NCBI GenBank assembly: GCA_965225945.1 | Contig: CBDDBZ010000039.1 | Span: forward strand, 192,001-256,000 | Direction of reading: 5' to 3' | Source of the DNA: Alphaproteobacteria bacterium | GTDB taxonomy: Bacteria; Pseudomonadota; Alphaproteobacteria; GCA-2731375 | Length of the DNA stretch: 64,000 bases | In this document: in pieces, positions 29,897-42,932 of the stretch | Numbering within the stretch: the first letter of the stretch is position 1 | How the letters are laid out: every line of letters begins with the position of its first letter | Program-made: the position numbers and the translations under genes | Notes under the pieces: model-generated | What the model was told of the DNA's origin: nothing | Seen by the model: only the letters and a program-made list of their open reading frames with translations | Database searches by the model: none

Positions 29897-31269
29897 CTAG
29901 ACGAAATTTGAACGGATCGAACCGGTGCGGTTCCCTCCGTTCGGCACAGTACACGACTCGTTCATGCTGGCTTTGGCCTGGGCACCTGGACTGGTGGTTT
30001 TCCGGGGACGAGGAAACGAATCAGCTCAATGGCTTGACGCCTGTCGATAGGATTGACGAGCTGTCGCCTTATCCACTCGAAACCGTATCGGAAGATGGAT
30101 TTTGCCATCCTTTTGTGGGTTTTGAGGCGGATCGGCTCGGCCTCGTGGAGCCAATCGCCGACTTTGTGCGCCCAGCAGAAGGTGATGGAAAGGACGGCGG
30201 TGAGCTTGGAGATGCGCTCCGGGTCGGTCATGTGGGTGTCTTCGAGGTTGAAGCCACGGGTTTTCAAGGCGGCGAAGAGGGTCTCGATTTGCCAGCGCTG
30301 GGCGTAGATGGCCAAGGCCTCCTCGGGCGCGTCGTTGGTCACGACGATCAACAGTTCGCCGGTCTTGAGATGGAGCGCGGCGACGAAGACGGGCCTGGCC
30401 TTGGGTTTTCTGGCCTCCGAGAGGCGCCTGGCGTTGGAGAGGATGCGGCTTTCCCCGGGTTTGAGGTCGCGAAACAGCTCCCTCGCCTTGACCATGCGAC
30501 CACGCGTGTTGGCGATCTTGATGTTGGATCGGATGCGGATGTGAAAGGGGATGGCCTTTTCCTGCAACCATGCCAGCCAGGCGTCGCCGATGAATTCCCG
30601 GTCGGCCAGGAGGCTGGCGATCTTGTCGACCCCGAAGAGCCGGAGGACGTGTTCGAGGATCGCGATCCGCTCCTTGGTATTGGAATTGCCCGCCTTGTCG
30701 AGCACCCGCCAGCACACGGGAATGGCGATGGCGCGGTTGACGATGCCGATCATCAAGATGTTGACGTCGCGGCGACCCAGCCGCCAGTTGGTCCGGTCCA
30801 TGGTCAGCCGCCACGGCCCCGCCTGGAGCCCCATCATCGCGACCAGGAACTCGGCGAGGCGATCGTAATCGAAATCGACTTGCTCGAAAAACCGTTGCAG
30901 GCGCCGATAGTTGGAGCTGGATCGCGCGCGCCCCGGAAAGTGGCAGGCCAAGTGAGAGAGGTTCACCGTCCGGGCGACGAACACGCCGAAGACCAAGACG
31001 CAAAGGCTCTCCAGACGGCTCTTGCGAAAGGCGAAGCCGCATCGTAGCGTCTCACGCAGGGCGTTGATCGGGTTGTCTCGCATGATTTCCCTCTTGACTC
31101 GTCGTGGAGTGAATCGGGAATCCTACAACCTTTTCAACGTCCTACGTAAATGCCGTCGTGTACCATGCCGTTCGGATAAAATTACTCTATTCTTCAAAGA
31201 GATAGAGCAGCTTTGTCCGCCAGTTGGATCGCCGGAAGCGAATTCCTTTTGGACGGATGCTGCTCTAGC
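29897..31269. repeat. RIME/Bru-RS-like palindromic intergenic element split by IS4 copy 2
   Basis: Removing the IS restores ctaga..gaacgga-gaaccg/cggttc-tccgttc..ctcta, spacer aaagagatagagc, and a second palindrome tagagcagc...gctgctctag. Confidence 0.55.
29945..31167 (-). mobile_element. IS4-family insertion sequence, copy 2 (transposase 29962-31083, intact YREK)
   Basis: Same ends as copy 1; 8-bp target duplication ccgttcgg (29937-29944, 31168-31175). Confidence 0.93.
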
Positions 31270-31299
31270 GGATCGGCGAGGGGTCGAGCACGCGCGGCC

Positions 31300-32280
31300 T
31301 CACGAGGCCCGCTCGGCCACCTTTTGGGCCTCCAATGCCGGGTAGTCGATCGGACCTTCCGCCGCCACGCGCCGCAACTGGCCGTTCCGCGCCTTCACCA
31401 TCCAGGTGATCGCCTCGTTGTACGGCGTCGCAATGCCCAGCGCGCGGCCTTCGCGGACCACGGCGCCGTTGAGCGCGTCGATCTCGGTAACGCGGTTCGC
31501 CTCCATGTGCTGCAGCATCGAGGGTTTGTTGAACTTGAAAGTGTAGGCCTTGATGTGGCCCATGGGATCGGGCGTCGCCAGGCGGATGCCCTTGGCCTCG
31601 GCGACGGCGATCGCCTCCTCTATTACCTTGGTCTGCATCCGGTCCGCGCCCTCGTGCAGCGGGATCTCGCCGACCCTGAGGTCGAGGAGCGCGCAGAGCG
31701 GGTTCAGCGCGCAGTTGTGGATGAACTTGCTCCACACGATCCCCATGACGTTGTCGGAGATTTCCGGCGCGAGCCCGGCGCGCTCCAGCAGCGCGGCGAT
31801 CGCTTGGGCCCGCTGGCTGGTCCGTCCGTAGAGCTCGCCCAGATAAGTCTTGCCGGCATGGGTGTGGCGCGGCTGGCCGGGCCCCGCCATCGAGCCGCTG
31901 TGGTAGCTGACGCCGCCCAGCACTTGCGCCTCGCCGAGGGCGGCGATCAGGGCTTCGACGTTGCCGATGCCGTTCTGCAGCGTGATCGCCACGCCGTCAG
32001 GGGCGAGCGCCCGCTTCGCGGTCTGCGCCGCCGCCTCGGTGTTGTTGGTGTCGGTCTGGACGAAGGCGACGTCGTAGCTCCCGGGCGCCTCCAGGTTCTC
32101 GGTGATCGGCACCTCGATGACCACGGGTCCGTCGACGCCGTCGAGACGGAGGCCGTCGACGCGGATCGCATGGACATGCTCGGTCCAGGTGTCGATCAGG
32201 GTGACGTCGGCGCCGCTCTTGGCCATCAGGCCGCCATAGATCCCGCCCATCGCACCCGCGCCGATGACGACGATACGCAT
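31300..32280 (-). CDS. Ketopantoate reductase (PanE/ApbA) family protein
   Basis: MRIVVIGAGAMG, LQNGIG, WSKFIHN, SMLQ, TEIDALNG. Confidence 0.9.
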   Translation of the reverse strand: MRIVVIGAGAMGGIYGGLMAKSGADVTLIDTWTEHVHAIRVDGLRLDGVDGPVVIEVPITENLEAPGSYDVAFVQTDTNNTEAAAQTAKRALAPDGVAITLQNGIGNVEALIAALGEAQVLGGVSYHSGSMAGPGQPRHTHAGKTYLGELYGRTSQRAQAIAALLERAGLAPEISDNVMGIVWSKFIHNCALNPLCALLDLRVGEIPLHEGADRMQTKVIEEAIAVAEAKGIRLATPDPMGHIKAYTFKFNKPSMLQHMEANRVTEIDALNGAVVREGRALGIATPYNEAITWMVKARNGQLRRVAAEGPIDYPALEAQKVAERAS

Positions 32281-32578
32281 TAGCTTCCCCTCCTTCTCGC
32301 CCGTCCGCCCGGGATGAATGCGCCGCTCGCTCGCTGGGGGTCGAGGCTGATGAGCGAGCAGGGGCGAGTATGTTGAATCGACCGCCTGGAGGGAAGCGGC
32401 GGCCGCTTCCCTCGCGCCCGCCGGGTTCGGGGCGAAGCACCGGACCATCCCCCCAAGGATCCGTGAGTGATCGTTGAGCGGACGGCGTCTCGACGATAGC
32501 TCATTGATTTTTAAGGCGATCGTGGTCACTCTTGCGCCGGTCGTTTCCCGAGCGGGCGCGAGCCTGAGGAGAGTGCCG

Positions 32579-33823
32579 ATGGCGAGCCACAACCACATCA
32601 TCTTGACCTCGCACAACCTGCCGGGCGCCAACCGCCTGCCGCCGCTCCGCTGGGGCGCGGACAATGCGAGCGAGCGCGGGCCGCTGATCGCCTCCCTCAC
32701 CCACCCGAGCCAGCGCAACGTCATCGGCACGCATGGCGGCGCCTATTCGATCTACCGCGCGCTTTCCGTCGCCTCCGGGCGGCTCGACCCGTTTCACGTG
32801 CCGGACCTGGCGAACACCGAACCGGCGATTGCCATCGGGCCGCATCCCCAGTGGGCGGAGGCGGACAAGATCGTGGCGCTCGACCCCTATGGCCACGCCA
32901 TCGGCGAGGCCTTTCGCGGGGAGTTGGCGGACGGCATGGATATCCGCCCGACCATCGCCGTCACCCGGGCCCGCCTGAACTTGGCCGAAATCGGCGAGGC
33001 GATGGTGGCCGGTCGCCTCGTTCCCGACGGCGAGGTGCTGAACGCGGGCGGCGAGATTTCGGTGGTGAAGATCGCAATCGATCCGGTCTGGTATCTGCCG
33101 GGGATCGCGCGCCGCTTCGAGGTCGAGGTGAACCAGCTTCGCCATCAACTGTTCGAACAAACGGCCGGGATGTTCCCGGAGCTGGTGACGCGCCCGGACT
33201 TGGATGTCTTCCTGCCGCCGATCGGCGGCCACACGGTCTACATCCTGGGCGACCCGGCGGCGCTGGCGGACCCGGCGCGCGAAGTCGCCTGCCGGGTGCA
33301 TGACGAATGCAACGGCTCGGACGTCTTCGGCTCCGATATCTGCACCTGCCGGCCCTATCTGGCGCACGGCGTCGAGATCGCGATTCTGACCGCGCAGGCC
33401 GGCGGCGCCGGCCTGATCATCTACAACCGCAAGGAAGGCCGTGCGCTCGGCGAGGTCACCAAGTTCCTGGTCTACAACGCCCGCAAGCGCCAGGAGGGCG
33501 GGGATTCCGCCGCCACCTATTTCGAGCGGACGGAATGTGTCGCCGGCGTGCAGGACGCCCGCTTCCAGGAGCTGATGCCAGACGTGCTGCACTGGCTCGG
33601 CGTCGCGCGGATCGACCGCTTCGCCTCGATGAGCGATCTGAAGCACGACGCGCTGGTCGCCTCCGGCATCGAAATCGGCGAGCGGTTGTCGATCCCCGAC
33701 GCGCTGATCCCGGAGGATGCACGGGTCGAAATGGCGGCCAAGCAGGCCTCCGGCTATTACCGCGCGGAGGCCGCCGCGAGCGAGGATGGGCGCATCGCGG
33801 TCAAGCGGCGCGGGCTCGATTGA
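32579..33823 (+). CDS. URC1-type GTP cyclohydrolase II-like protein
   Basis: RNVIGTHGGAY, RPTIAVT, RVHDECNGSDVFGSDICTC, KEGRALGEVTKFLVYNARKR. Confidence 0.9.
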   Translation: MASHNHIILTSHNLPGANRLPPLRWGADNASERGPLIASLTHPSQRNVIGTHGGAYSIYRALSVASGRLDPFHVPDLANTEPAIAIGPHPQWAEADKIVALDPYGHAIGEAFRGELADGMDIRPTIAVTRARLNLAEIGEAMVAGRLVPDGEVLNAGGEISVVKIAIDPVWYLPGIARRFEVEVNQLRHQLFEQTAGMFPELVTRPDLDVFLPPIGGHTVYILGDPAALADPAREVACRVHDECNGSDVFGSDICTCRPYLAHGVEIAILTAQAGGAGLIIYNRKEGRALGEVTKFLVYNARKRQEGGDSAATYFERTECVAGVQDARFQELMPDVLHWLGVARIDRFASMSDLKHDALVASGIEIGERLSIPDALIPEDARVEMAAKQASGYYRAEAAASEDGRIAVKRRGLD

Positions 33824-35052
33824 GCCGCGCTTCACCCGAGCCGTCGGCGACGCTTCGAAGGCTGTTGACGCCGGAGGCCGTGCGCGCGCGGGCGGCCGAT
33901 ATGCTGGCGTTGGCGGAGGCGGACGCGCTGCCGCACTTCCACTTCGAGGCCGCGCGCCTACCGGCGGCGGTTGCCGCCGTGCTCGACGAGACGCGGCGGA
34001 ACTACCCCGACCTCGAGGTGCCGCTGCACAGCCGCTGGCGCCATTTTATGCTTTTCGGTCGTGACCTGTGGGCCGAACGGCGCGCGCTCTGGTCGGAACT
34101 CGACGGCGACGAGCTGGCCCGAACTCGATTCGAGCTGGCGATCGTCTCGGTGCTGCTGGACGCGGGCGCCGGGGCCGATTGGCGTTTCCACGATGACGCC
34201 ACCGGCGCCACGCTCGCCCGCTCCGAGGGGCTCGCCGTCGCCAGCTTGCGCATGTTCGAGGCGGGCCTCTTCGCCGCCGATTCCGCGGCTCCCTGGCGGG
34301 CCGACGCGGCGGCGCTTCGCGGCCTGAGGGCGGGCGCGCTCGCCACCGGCTTCCAGGCCGACACGGGCAATCCCCTGGTCGGCCTCGGCGCTCGCGCCGC
34401 CCTGCTTCGGGCCCTCGGCGGCCGAATCGCGGCGTTGCCCGAGTTCCAGGCGTCGGGGGGCGCGCGCCTCGGCCGCCTCTTCGATCTGCTGCGCGAGCGG
34501 CGAAACGCGGCCGGCGCCTTGCCGGCACGCGAGATCCTGCTCCTGATATTAAACTTGATGAACCCGATCTGGCCCTCGGGCCTCACGCTCGACGGGCAGG
34601 CATTGGGCGACGTCGGCCGGCACAAAAGCCTCTCCGGCGATCGGCTAGTGCCCTTCCACAAGCTTTCCCAATGGCTCGCCTATTCGCTGGTGGAGCCGCT
34701 TCGCGAGGCGGGCGTCGAGGTGGTGGACCTGGACGGCCTCACCGGCCTGGCGGAATACCGCAACGGCGGCCTCTTTATCGATACCGGCGTGTTGGTCCCC
34801 CGGAACCCGGAACTGGCGGGCCGGCGCCACGCGCCCGGCGACGAGCCGATCGTCGAATGGCGGGCCCTGACCGTGGCGCTGTTGGACCGATTGGCGATTG
34901 CGGTTCGCGCGCAACTGGGCGAGGCTGGCGCGAAATTGCCGCTCGGCGCCATCTTGCAAGGCGGCACCTGGTCGGCCGGCCGGCGCCTGGCGGCCGAACT
35001 TCGGGGCGGCCGCCCGCCCTTGGAGATCGACAGCGACGGCACCGTCTTCTAA
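33820..35052 (+). CDS. URC4/Urg3 family (DUF1688) protein
   Basis: [50 protein letters not shown]-terminus. Confidence 0.9.
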   Translation: MSRASPEPSATLRRLLTPEAVRARAADMLALAEADALPHFHFEAARLPAAVAAVLDETRRNYPDLEVPLHSRWRHFMLFGRDLWAERRALWSELDGDELARTRFELAIVSVLLDAGAGADWRFHDDATGATLARSEGLAVASLRMFEAGLFAADSAAPWRADAAALRGLRAGALATGFQADTGNPLVGLGARAALLRALGGRIAALPEFQASGGARLGRLFDLLRERRNAAGALPAREILLLILNLMNPIWPSGLTLDGQALGDVGRHKSLSGDRLVPFHKLSQWLAYSLVEPLREAGVEVVDLDGLTGLAEYRNGGLFIDTGVLVPRNPELAGRRHAPGDEPIVEWRALTVALLDRLAIAVRAQLGEAGAKLPLGAILQGGTWSAGRRLAAELRGGRPPLEIDSDGTVF

Positions 35053-35080
35053 AATGCGAGCAACAGCGAGGCACGCGGGC

Positions 35081-35713
35081 ATGCATCCGAACGTCACGGT
35101 CGTCGACCATCCCTTGATCCAGCACAAGCTGACCCTGATGCGCCAGGCCGACACGTCGATCGCGCTGTTTCGCCAGCTGCTGAAGGAGATCAGCCTGCTG
35201 CTCGCCTATGAGGTGACCCGCGATCTGGAGACCACCGAGGTCGAGATCAAAACTCCGCTGGAGACCATGTCCGCCCGCCAACTCGAGGGCAAGAAGCTCT
35301 GCCTGGTCTCGATCCTCAGGGCCGGCAACGGCCTGCTCGACGGCATGTTGGACCTGGTGCCGCTGGCCCGCGTCGCCCATATCGGGCTCTATCGCGATCC
35401 CCAGACGCTGGTGCCCGTCGAGTATTACTTCAAGACCCCCGACGACATGGCCCGGCGCGACGTAATCGTCGTCGACCCGATGCTGGCCACCGGCAATTCG
35501 GCGATCGCCGCCGTGCACCGGATCAAGGATGTCGGCGCCGAGCGCATCAAGTTCGTCTGCCTGCTGGCGGCGCCCGAGGGGCTCGCCGCCTTCACCTCGG
35601 CCCACGCCGACGTGCCGGTCCACACCGCGGCCATCGATCGCGAGCTGAACGATCACGGCTACATCCTGCCCGGTCTCGGCGATGCCGGCGATCGGATGTA
35701 CGGCACGAAGTGA
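35081..35713 (+). CDS. upp: Uracil phosphoribosyltransferase
   Basis: [34 protein letters not shown]. Confidence 0.95.
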   Translation: MHPNVTVVDHPLIQHKLTLMRQADTSIALFRQLLKEISLLLAYEVTRDLETTEVEIKTPLETMSARQLEGKKLCLVSILRAGNGLLDGMLDLVPLARVAHIGLYRDPQTLVPVEYYFKTPDDMARRDVIVVDPMLATGNSAIAAVHRIKDVGAERIKFVCLLAAPEGLAAFTSAHADVPVHTAAIDRELNDHGYILPGLGDAGDRMYGTK

Positions 35714-35808
35714 GATCGCCGTCGCGGACGGCGCCTCGGCTTGACAGCCTCCCGCGCCCCCGCCACTAACGGCCGCACCGAATTCGGCGAGGAGGGGGTC
35801 GATCGACG

Positions 35809-36750
35809 ATGACGAGAGCGTTCGTCTTTCCGGGTCAGGGATCGCAAGCGGTCGGTATGGGCAAGGCGCTGGCGGCGGCGTTGCCGACGGCGCGGCTGGT
35901 TTTCGAGGAGGTCGACGACGCGTTGAGCCTGGGCCTCTCGCGCCTCATGTTCGAGGGGCCGGAGGACGAATTGGTGCTGACCGCCAATGCGCAACCGGCG
36001 CTGATGGCGATGAGCCTGGCGGTCGCGCGGGTGCTGCGGGACGACGCCGGCATCGACATGGCGAGCCAGGTCCGTTTCGTCGCCGGCCATTCGGTCGGTG
36101 AGTATTCCGCCCTCTGCGCCGCCGGGGCGCTGCCGTTGGGCGTCACGGCACGACTGCTGCGTCGCCGTGGCGAGGCGATGCAGGAAGCCGTACCCGTCGG
36201 CGTCGGCGCGATGGCGGCGTTGCTGGGGCTCGAGCTCGCGGTGGCGCGCGAGGTCGCGGCCGAGGCGGCGGGCGAGCAGGTTTGCGATCCCGCCAACGAC
36301 AACGCGCCCGGTCAGCTCGTGGTCAGCGGCAACGTCGAGGCCGTGGAGCGGGCGATGGAGCTGGCCAAGGATCGTGGTAGCCGCCGTTCGATCCTGCTGC
36401 CGGTGAGCGCGCCCTTCCACTGCGCCCTGATGCGCCCCGCCCAGGAGGTCATGGCCGAGGCCTTGGCCGAGACCGAGATCGCCCGCCCGTGCGTGCCGCT
36501 GATCGCCAACGTCGGCGCCGAGCCGGTGGAGGCACCCGAGACCATCCGCGAATTGCTGGTCGAGCAGGTGACGGCGCTGGTCCGTTGGCGGGAGAGCGTC
36601 TTGTGGATGCGGGATGAGGGTGTCGACCATCTGGTCGAGCTCGGCGCCGGCAAGATCCTGTGCGGCCTGGTCCGACGCATCGACCGGGAGATGACCGCGA
36701 CCGCGATCTCCGCGCCCGAGGACATCGATGCCTTCGTGAAGACGCTTTGA
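35809..36750 (+). CDS. fabD: Malonyl-CoA:ACP transacylase
   Basis: FPGQGSQ, GHSVGEY, VSAPFH. Confidence 0.96.
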   Translation: MTRAFVFPGQGSQAVGMGKALAAALPTARLVFEEVDDALSLGLSRLMFEGPEDELVLTANAQPALMAMSLAVARVLRDDAGIDMASQVRFVAGHSVGEYSALCAAGALPLGVTARLLRRRGEAMQEAVPVGVGAMAALLGLELAVAREVAAEAAGEQVCDPANDNAPGQLVVSGNVEAVERAMELAKDRGSRRSILLPVSAPFHCALMRPAQEVMAEALAETEIARPCVPLIANVGAEPVEAPETIRELLVEQVTALVRWRESVLWMRDEGVDHLVELGAGKILCGLVRRIDREMTATAISAPEDIDAFVKTL

Positions 36751-36778
36751 TTCCATCGGCGCCGGAGGGGACTGGACG

Positions 36779-37519
36779 ATGTTCGATCTTAGTGGCAGGC
36801 GGGCGCTGGTCACCGGCGCCAGCGGCGGCATCGGCCAGGGGATCGCCCGGGCCTTGCATGATCTCGGCGGGTCGGTCGGGCTGACCGGCACGCGGAGCGA
36901 GGTGCTGGAGGCCTTGGCGGCGGAACTCGGCGAACGCGCCCGAGCCGTCGCTTGCGACCTTTCCGATCTGGCGGCGACGGAAACCTTGATCGGGGCGGCG
37001 GAGGCCGCGCTCGGCGGCGGGGTCGACATCCTGGTCAACAATGCCGGTATCACCCGGGACAATCTGGCGCTGCGCTTGAAGGAGGCGGATTGGGAGGCGG
37101 TCTGGCAGGTCAACCTGATGTCGGCGGCGCGGCTTTCGCGCCTGGCACTTCGAGGCATGATGCGCGGGCGCTTCGGCCGCATCGTCAACATCACCTCGAT
37201 CGTCGCCGTCACCGGCAGTCCCGGGCAGACCAACTACGCCGCCACCAAGGGCGCGATGATCGCGATGTCGAAGTCGCTGGCGCAAGAGGTCGCGAGCCGG
37301 GGCATTACCGTCAACTGCGTCGCGCCGGGCTTCATCGAATCGCCCATGACCGACGCGATGGCCGAGGATCGCCGCGCGCAACTTCTGGCCCGAGTGCCGC
37401 TTGGCCGTCTCGGCCTCGCCGCCGACGTCGCCGCCTGCGTCGCCTTCCTGGCCAGCGACGAGGCCGCCTACGTCACCGGGCAAACGCTGCACGTGAACGG
37501 CGGAATGGCGATGATTTGA
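36779..37519 (+). CDS. fabG: 3-oxoacyl-ACP reductase
   Basis: [22 protein letters not shown]; position in the fab operon. Confidence 0.95.
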   Translation: MFDLSGRRALVTGASGGIGQGIARALHDLGGSVGLTGTRSEVLEALAAELGERARAVACDLSDLAATETLIGAAEAALGGGVDILVNNAGITRDNLALRLKEADWEAVWQVNLMSAARLSRLALRGMMRGRFGRIVNITSIVAVTGSPGQTNYAATKGAMIAMSKSLAQEVASRGITVNCVAPGFIESPMTDAMAEDRRAQLLARVPLGRLGLAADVAACVAFLASDEAAYVTGQTLHVNGGMAMI

Positions 37520-37724
37520 GGCCACATGGGCGCCCTCCCCGATGCGCTTCCATTGCCCGACCAAGGCTTTGCAAGGCTCACGGGGATATGCTAGGAAGCC
37601 TCGCTTTTCGGGGCCTGATCGTCACGGTGACCGGTCGAGTGCCAGAGAACGAATCATCCGGGCGAATTGCCGATTCAGCGGTGTATCGGCGCAAAAGCCA
37701 GCCGTGAGCGCGAGAGGACAGTTA

Positions 37725-37961
37725 ATGAGCGACATTTCCGGGCGCGTTAAGAAAATCGTCGTCGAGCACCTCGGGGTCGAGGAAGACAAGGTCGTCGACG
37801 GTGCCAGTTTCATCGACAATCTGGGCGCCGACAGCCTCGATACCGTCGAGTTGGTCATGGCCTTCGAGGAGGAGTTCGGGGTCGAGATCCCCGACGATGC
37901 CGCGGAAAAAATCCTGACGGTGAGCGACGCCATTAAGTTCATCGAGGAGAACGGCTCCTAG
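37725..37961 (+). CDS. acpP: Acyl carrier protein
   Basis: [19 protein letters not shown]. Confidence 0.97.
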   Translation: MSDISGRVKKIVVEHLGVEEDKVVDGASFIDNLGADSLDTVELVMAFEEEFGVEIPDDAAEKILTVSDAIKFIEENGS

Positions 37962-38003
37962 GCGACGGCGCGGTTCTTTAGGCGGTCGGAGGGAGTCGTC
38001 GTG

Positions 38004-39263
<1,260 letters not shown>

Positions 39264-39276
39264 CGGCGGTCGGCCG

Positions 39277-40287
39277 ATGGTACGCCGCGTCTTTTCGGTC
39301 TTCCTGCTGGGCTTCTTCCTGGTCGTCGCCAGCTTGGCGGCGATCGCCTTCTGGGGCTACGGCCAGTTCACCAAGCCCGGCCCGACGACCCACGACGCGA
39401 CGGTGATCCTGGCGCGCGGCTCCGGCGTCGCCGGGATCGCGCGCCGGCTGCTCGATGCCGGCGTCATCACCGATGCCGACATCTTTCGCTTCGGCGTCCG
39501 CGCGATGGGCGCCGGTCGTCACCTGAAGGCGGGCGAATATCGGGTGCCGTCGGGTGCCAGCATGCGCGAGGTGGTGGAGCTGCTGCGCTCCGGCCGCACC
39601 GTGATCCGCCGCCTGACGGTGCCCGAGGGGCTGACCACGGCGGAGGTCCTGGCCCTCCTCGAGCGGGCCGAGGGCCTGGTCGGCGCGGTGCCGAAGTTCG
39701 AGCAAGGCCGGCTGCTGCCGGAGACCTATCACTATCAATACGGCGACTCGCGGGCCGAGCTCGCCTCGCGGATGGCGAAGGCGATGGATCAGGCGCTGCT
39801 CGACGTCTGGGCCAAGCGGGACTCGGAATTGGTGTTGAAAACGCCGGCCGAGGTCCTGACGCTCGCCTCGATCATCGAGAAGGAAACCGGCGTGGCCGGC
39901 GAGCGGGCCCATATCGCCGGCGTCTTCGCCAACCGCCTGAGGCGCGGCATGCTGCTGCAATCGGATCCGACCGTCGTCTATGCGCTGACCGACGGGACGG
40001 GTCCCTTAGGACGTCCGCTCGTCGGTGCGGACCTCGACGTGCCGAATCCCTTCAACACCTACCTGCTCGTGGGCCTGCCGCCCGGACCGATCGCCAATCC
40101 CGGTCGCGCCGCGCTGGAGGCGGCGGCGAAGCCGCTCGCGACCCGGGATCTCTATTTCGTCGCCGATGGCACCGGCGGTCACGCCTTCGCGCCCACCTAC
40201 GAGGCGCACCTCGAGAATGTCCGGCGCTGGCGGCGCCTCCGGGTCGACGCGGAGGCGCCGGCGAGCGGTGGGGGCGCGCGGCAATGA
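39277..40287 (+). CDS. mltG: Endolytic transglycosylase
   Basis: N-terminal TM helix, LKAGEY, TVPEG, LASIIEKE, LQSDPT, GLPPGPIANPG. Confidence 0.93.
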   Translation: MVRRVFSVFLLGFFLVVASLAAIAFWGYGQFTKPGPTTHDATVILARGSGVAGIARRLLDAGVITDADIFRFGVRAMGAGRHLKAGEYRVPSGASMREVVELLRSGRTVIRRLTVPEGLTTAEVLALLERAEGLVGAVPKFEQGRLLPETYHYQYGDSRAELASRMAKAMDQALLDVWAKRDSELVLKTPAEVLTLASIIEKETGVAGERAHIAGVFANRLRRGMLLQSDPTVVYALTDGTGPLGRPLVGADLDVPNPFNTYLLVGLPPGPIANPGRAALEAAAKPLATRDLYFVADGTGGHAFAPTYEAHLENVRRWRRLRVDAEAPASGGGARQ

Positions 40288-40364
40288 GGGCCGACGTATC
40301 ACCTCCACCTCTTCGCCCGGGCATAGCCACGCGGGCGAATCGCGTTCCAATGGGGGGAAGAGCA

Positions 40365-40544
40365 ATGGCCCTCGAGATGAAATCGGCCTGTGAGCGCTGC
40401 GAGGCTTCGACCGAGGGGCAAGCGGAGGCGCGGATCTGTTCCTTGGAATGCACCTTTTGTCCGCCGTGCGCCGAGGCGATGTCCGATATCTGCCCGAACT
40501 GCGGCGGCGAGCTGGTGCGACGGCCCCGGCGCGCCCCGCCATGA
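40365..40544 (+). CDS. DUF1272 family small Cys-rich protein
   Basis: CERC...ARICSLECTFC..CAE...CPNCGGELVRRP. Confidence 0.85.
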   Translation: MALEMKSACERCEASTEGQAEARICSLECTFCPPCAEAMSDICPNCGGELVRRPRRAPP

Positions 40545-40596
40545 CCGTCGAGAAGCTCCGCGTCGGCGCTATCGACATCGCCCACCGCTGGGAAGG

Positions 40597-41869
40597 TCAT
40601 CCGATCGACGGCCAGGCGGGCGCATGGGTGCCGAGCGGGACGGAGGGTCGTTGCCAGCCGGCCGGGGTGGCGGAAAGCCGCGCCGCGTGGCGCACGGCGC
40701 TCAGTGCGCCGAAACCGCTCGCGGTGGTTTCCAAGAGATCCGAGATCTCCTCGCGCGCCGGGGTCGCCCGGGAGAAACCGTCGTCGAGCCGCCCGAGCTC
40801 GCGCAGCCAGCGACCGGTGCGGGCCAGTGCCACGCGGATCTGCCAGCTCCCGCCTTCGCGCCTCCGCCGCGCCAGCGCCATGGTCGCGCCGAAGGCCATC
40901 AGATAACCCGAGGCGTGATCGAGCGCCTGGCAAGGGAGCGGCTTTGGTCCCTCGACGCCGGCGGCCCGCGCCTCCTCGAGGTTGATGCCACTCGCCGTCT
41001 GCACGATCGAATCGAAGCCCCGCCGGTCCCGCCACGGCCCCTCGTGTCCATAGGCGGAGAGCGAAACGTAGACAATTCCGGGCCGAATCGCCGCTGCCCG
41101 CTCGGGCGAGAGGCCGAGCCCGGCGATGGCGCCCGGACGGTAGCCCTGGACAAGGACGTCGGCATCCCCGAGCAGTTCCTCGATCCGCGCGCGCCCGGCG
41201 GGATTCCGCAGGTCGAGTTCGCAACTGAGCTTGCCGCGCCCGGTGTCGATCACCAGCCGCGCCACCATGGGCAGGTGGCGGCTCGTCACCAGCAGGACGT
41301 CGGCGCCGTGCGCGGCCAGGCATCGCCCGCAGACCGGCCCGGCCTTGGGGATGGGCGTCCCACTCGGCGAAGGAGCGCATCATCGAGGCGATCGCGCCGC
41401 GTTTCGCGACGGCGTCCTCGAAGTCCCCGGCCCGCCACCCGGCGAGGGCGTTGGCCACCGGCTCGCGCGCGTGGTCGCAGTCCAGAATGTCCAGAATGCC
41501 GTCTCGATGGTGCGGGAAATTGGTGTGGATGCGAACCCAGCGACCATCGCCGCACTGATAGGTTCCGGCGATCCGATCCCAGAGCTCGGCCGCCGGGCCG
41601 CCGTCGAGGCGGAAATATCGCTCGCTTAGGAACTCGGCCGCCGCGTGCCGCATGGCGACCGCGACGCGTTGCGCCGGGCCGCCACGCGCCCGGTGCAGCT
41701 CGGCGGCGGCCAAGCCGGCCGCCGCGATTGTCGTCTGGGCTGCCAGGCCGACCCGGAAGGAGGAGGGAAGTGCGGGCTCCGCGCCGTCGAGATCGACGCG
41801 ATCGATGGCCGACCTGTCACCGCCGGCAAGCTTCCAGAGGTCCGACAGGACAGCTTCGGCCGTCTTCAT
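40597..41869 (-). pseudogene. CaiB/BaiF class III CoA-transferase with internal deletion and frameshift near 41343
   Basis: LPSSFRVG, IHTNFPHH...WDAHPQG joined out of frame to AGPVCGRCLAAHGADV, RRGFDSIVQ, QALDH; the usual RVLDLTRVI segment is missing. Confidence 0.8.
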
Positions 41870-41875
41870 GGTCTA

Positions 41876-42716
41876 GGTCGTGTACTCATAAAGTGATTCC
41901 CTTTTTGGGGCAAATGTGATTCAAGCTTCCAAACTGTGGGAGCTGGATCATGGGTGGACGTTACGATCTGACGGATTTTGAGTGGTCGGTGATTGCGCCG
42001 CTGTTGCCGAACAAGCCGCGGGGTGTGCCGCGGGTGGACGACCGGCGGGTTCTGAACGGGATTTTCTGGATCTTGCGCTCGGGTGCGCCGTGGCGCGACC
42101 TGCCGGAGCGCTACGGGCCCTACACGACCTGCTAGAACCGCTTCAACCGCTGGCGCAAGGCCGGTGTCTGGGACCGGTTGATGGACGCCATCGTCCAGGC
42201 CTATGACGGCAACGTGCAGATGATCGATAGCACGAGCGTGCGGGTGCATCAGCACGCGGCAGGGGCAAAAAAAACGCCGGAGATCGTTGCATGGGTCGTA
42301 GCCGAGGTGGATTGACGACCAAGATCCATGCCCTGGTCGATGCCCAGGGCCTGCCGTTCCGCTTCGACCTCACGCCCGGCCAGGCGCACGACAGTCAGGC
42401 CGCGCCGACGCTTTTGGAGGCGCTTCAGCCGGACTGCTTCGTGCTCGCCGACAAGGCCTACGAGAGCGATGAGATCAGGCAACTGATCGAGGATCAGGAC
42501 GCTGCCGCCAACATCCCCGATCGCAGCAATCGCAAGCCGCGCCACGCCTTCAGCCCGACGCTCTAGCGCGAGCGCAACCGAGTCGAGCGCTTCTTCAACC
42601 GGCTCAAGCACTGCCGGCGCATCGCGACACGCTACGAAAAGCTCGCCGCCAACTATCTCGCCATGATCAAGCTCGCCGCCATCCGCATCTGGTTGCGAGC
42701 TAATGAGTCCACGACC
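41876..42716 (+). mobile_element. IS5-family element (IS427/IS1031-like), transposase inactivated
   Basis: Ends ggtcgtgtactcat / atgagtccacgacc in a CTAG context; ORF from 41950 with an A-run frameshift site near 42270; premature TAG at 42133 and 42564. Confidence 0.9.
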
Positions 42717-42932
42717 TAGACACCCGTCGCTCAGGTCAGAACGTCGCCCTCGACATCAATAGGCATGATTCACGTTAGTTTCACGCTAGCACCGCTATCT
42801 GCACCGCCGTCGCCGGCTCCACTTCCGCCGCCATGTGCCGCGCGAGGTGATGGGCTGAGTGGGAAGCAGTCCCTCGGCTTCGCCCGGGGGTATTTTTCTC
42901 CGGGTTGATAGCGAGACCATCGGCGCGCCAAG

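Noticed and set aside
26137-31047. 1636-aa plus-strand ORF and many other long ORFs overlapping real genes
   Set aside because: Antisense or alternate-frame shadows typical of high-GC DNA; no motifs, and this one runs across an IS boundary.
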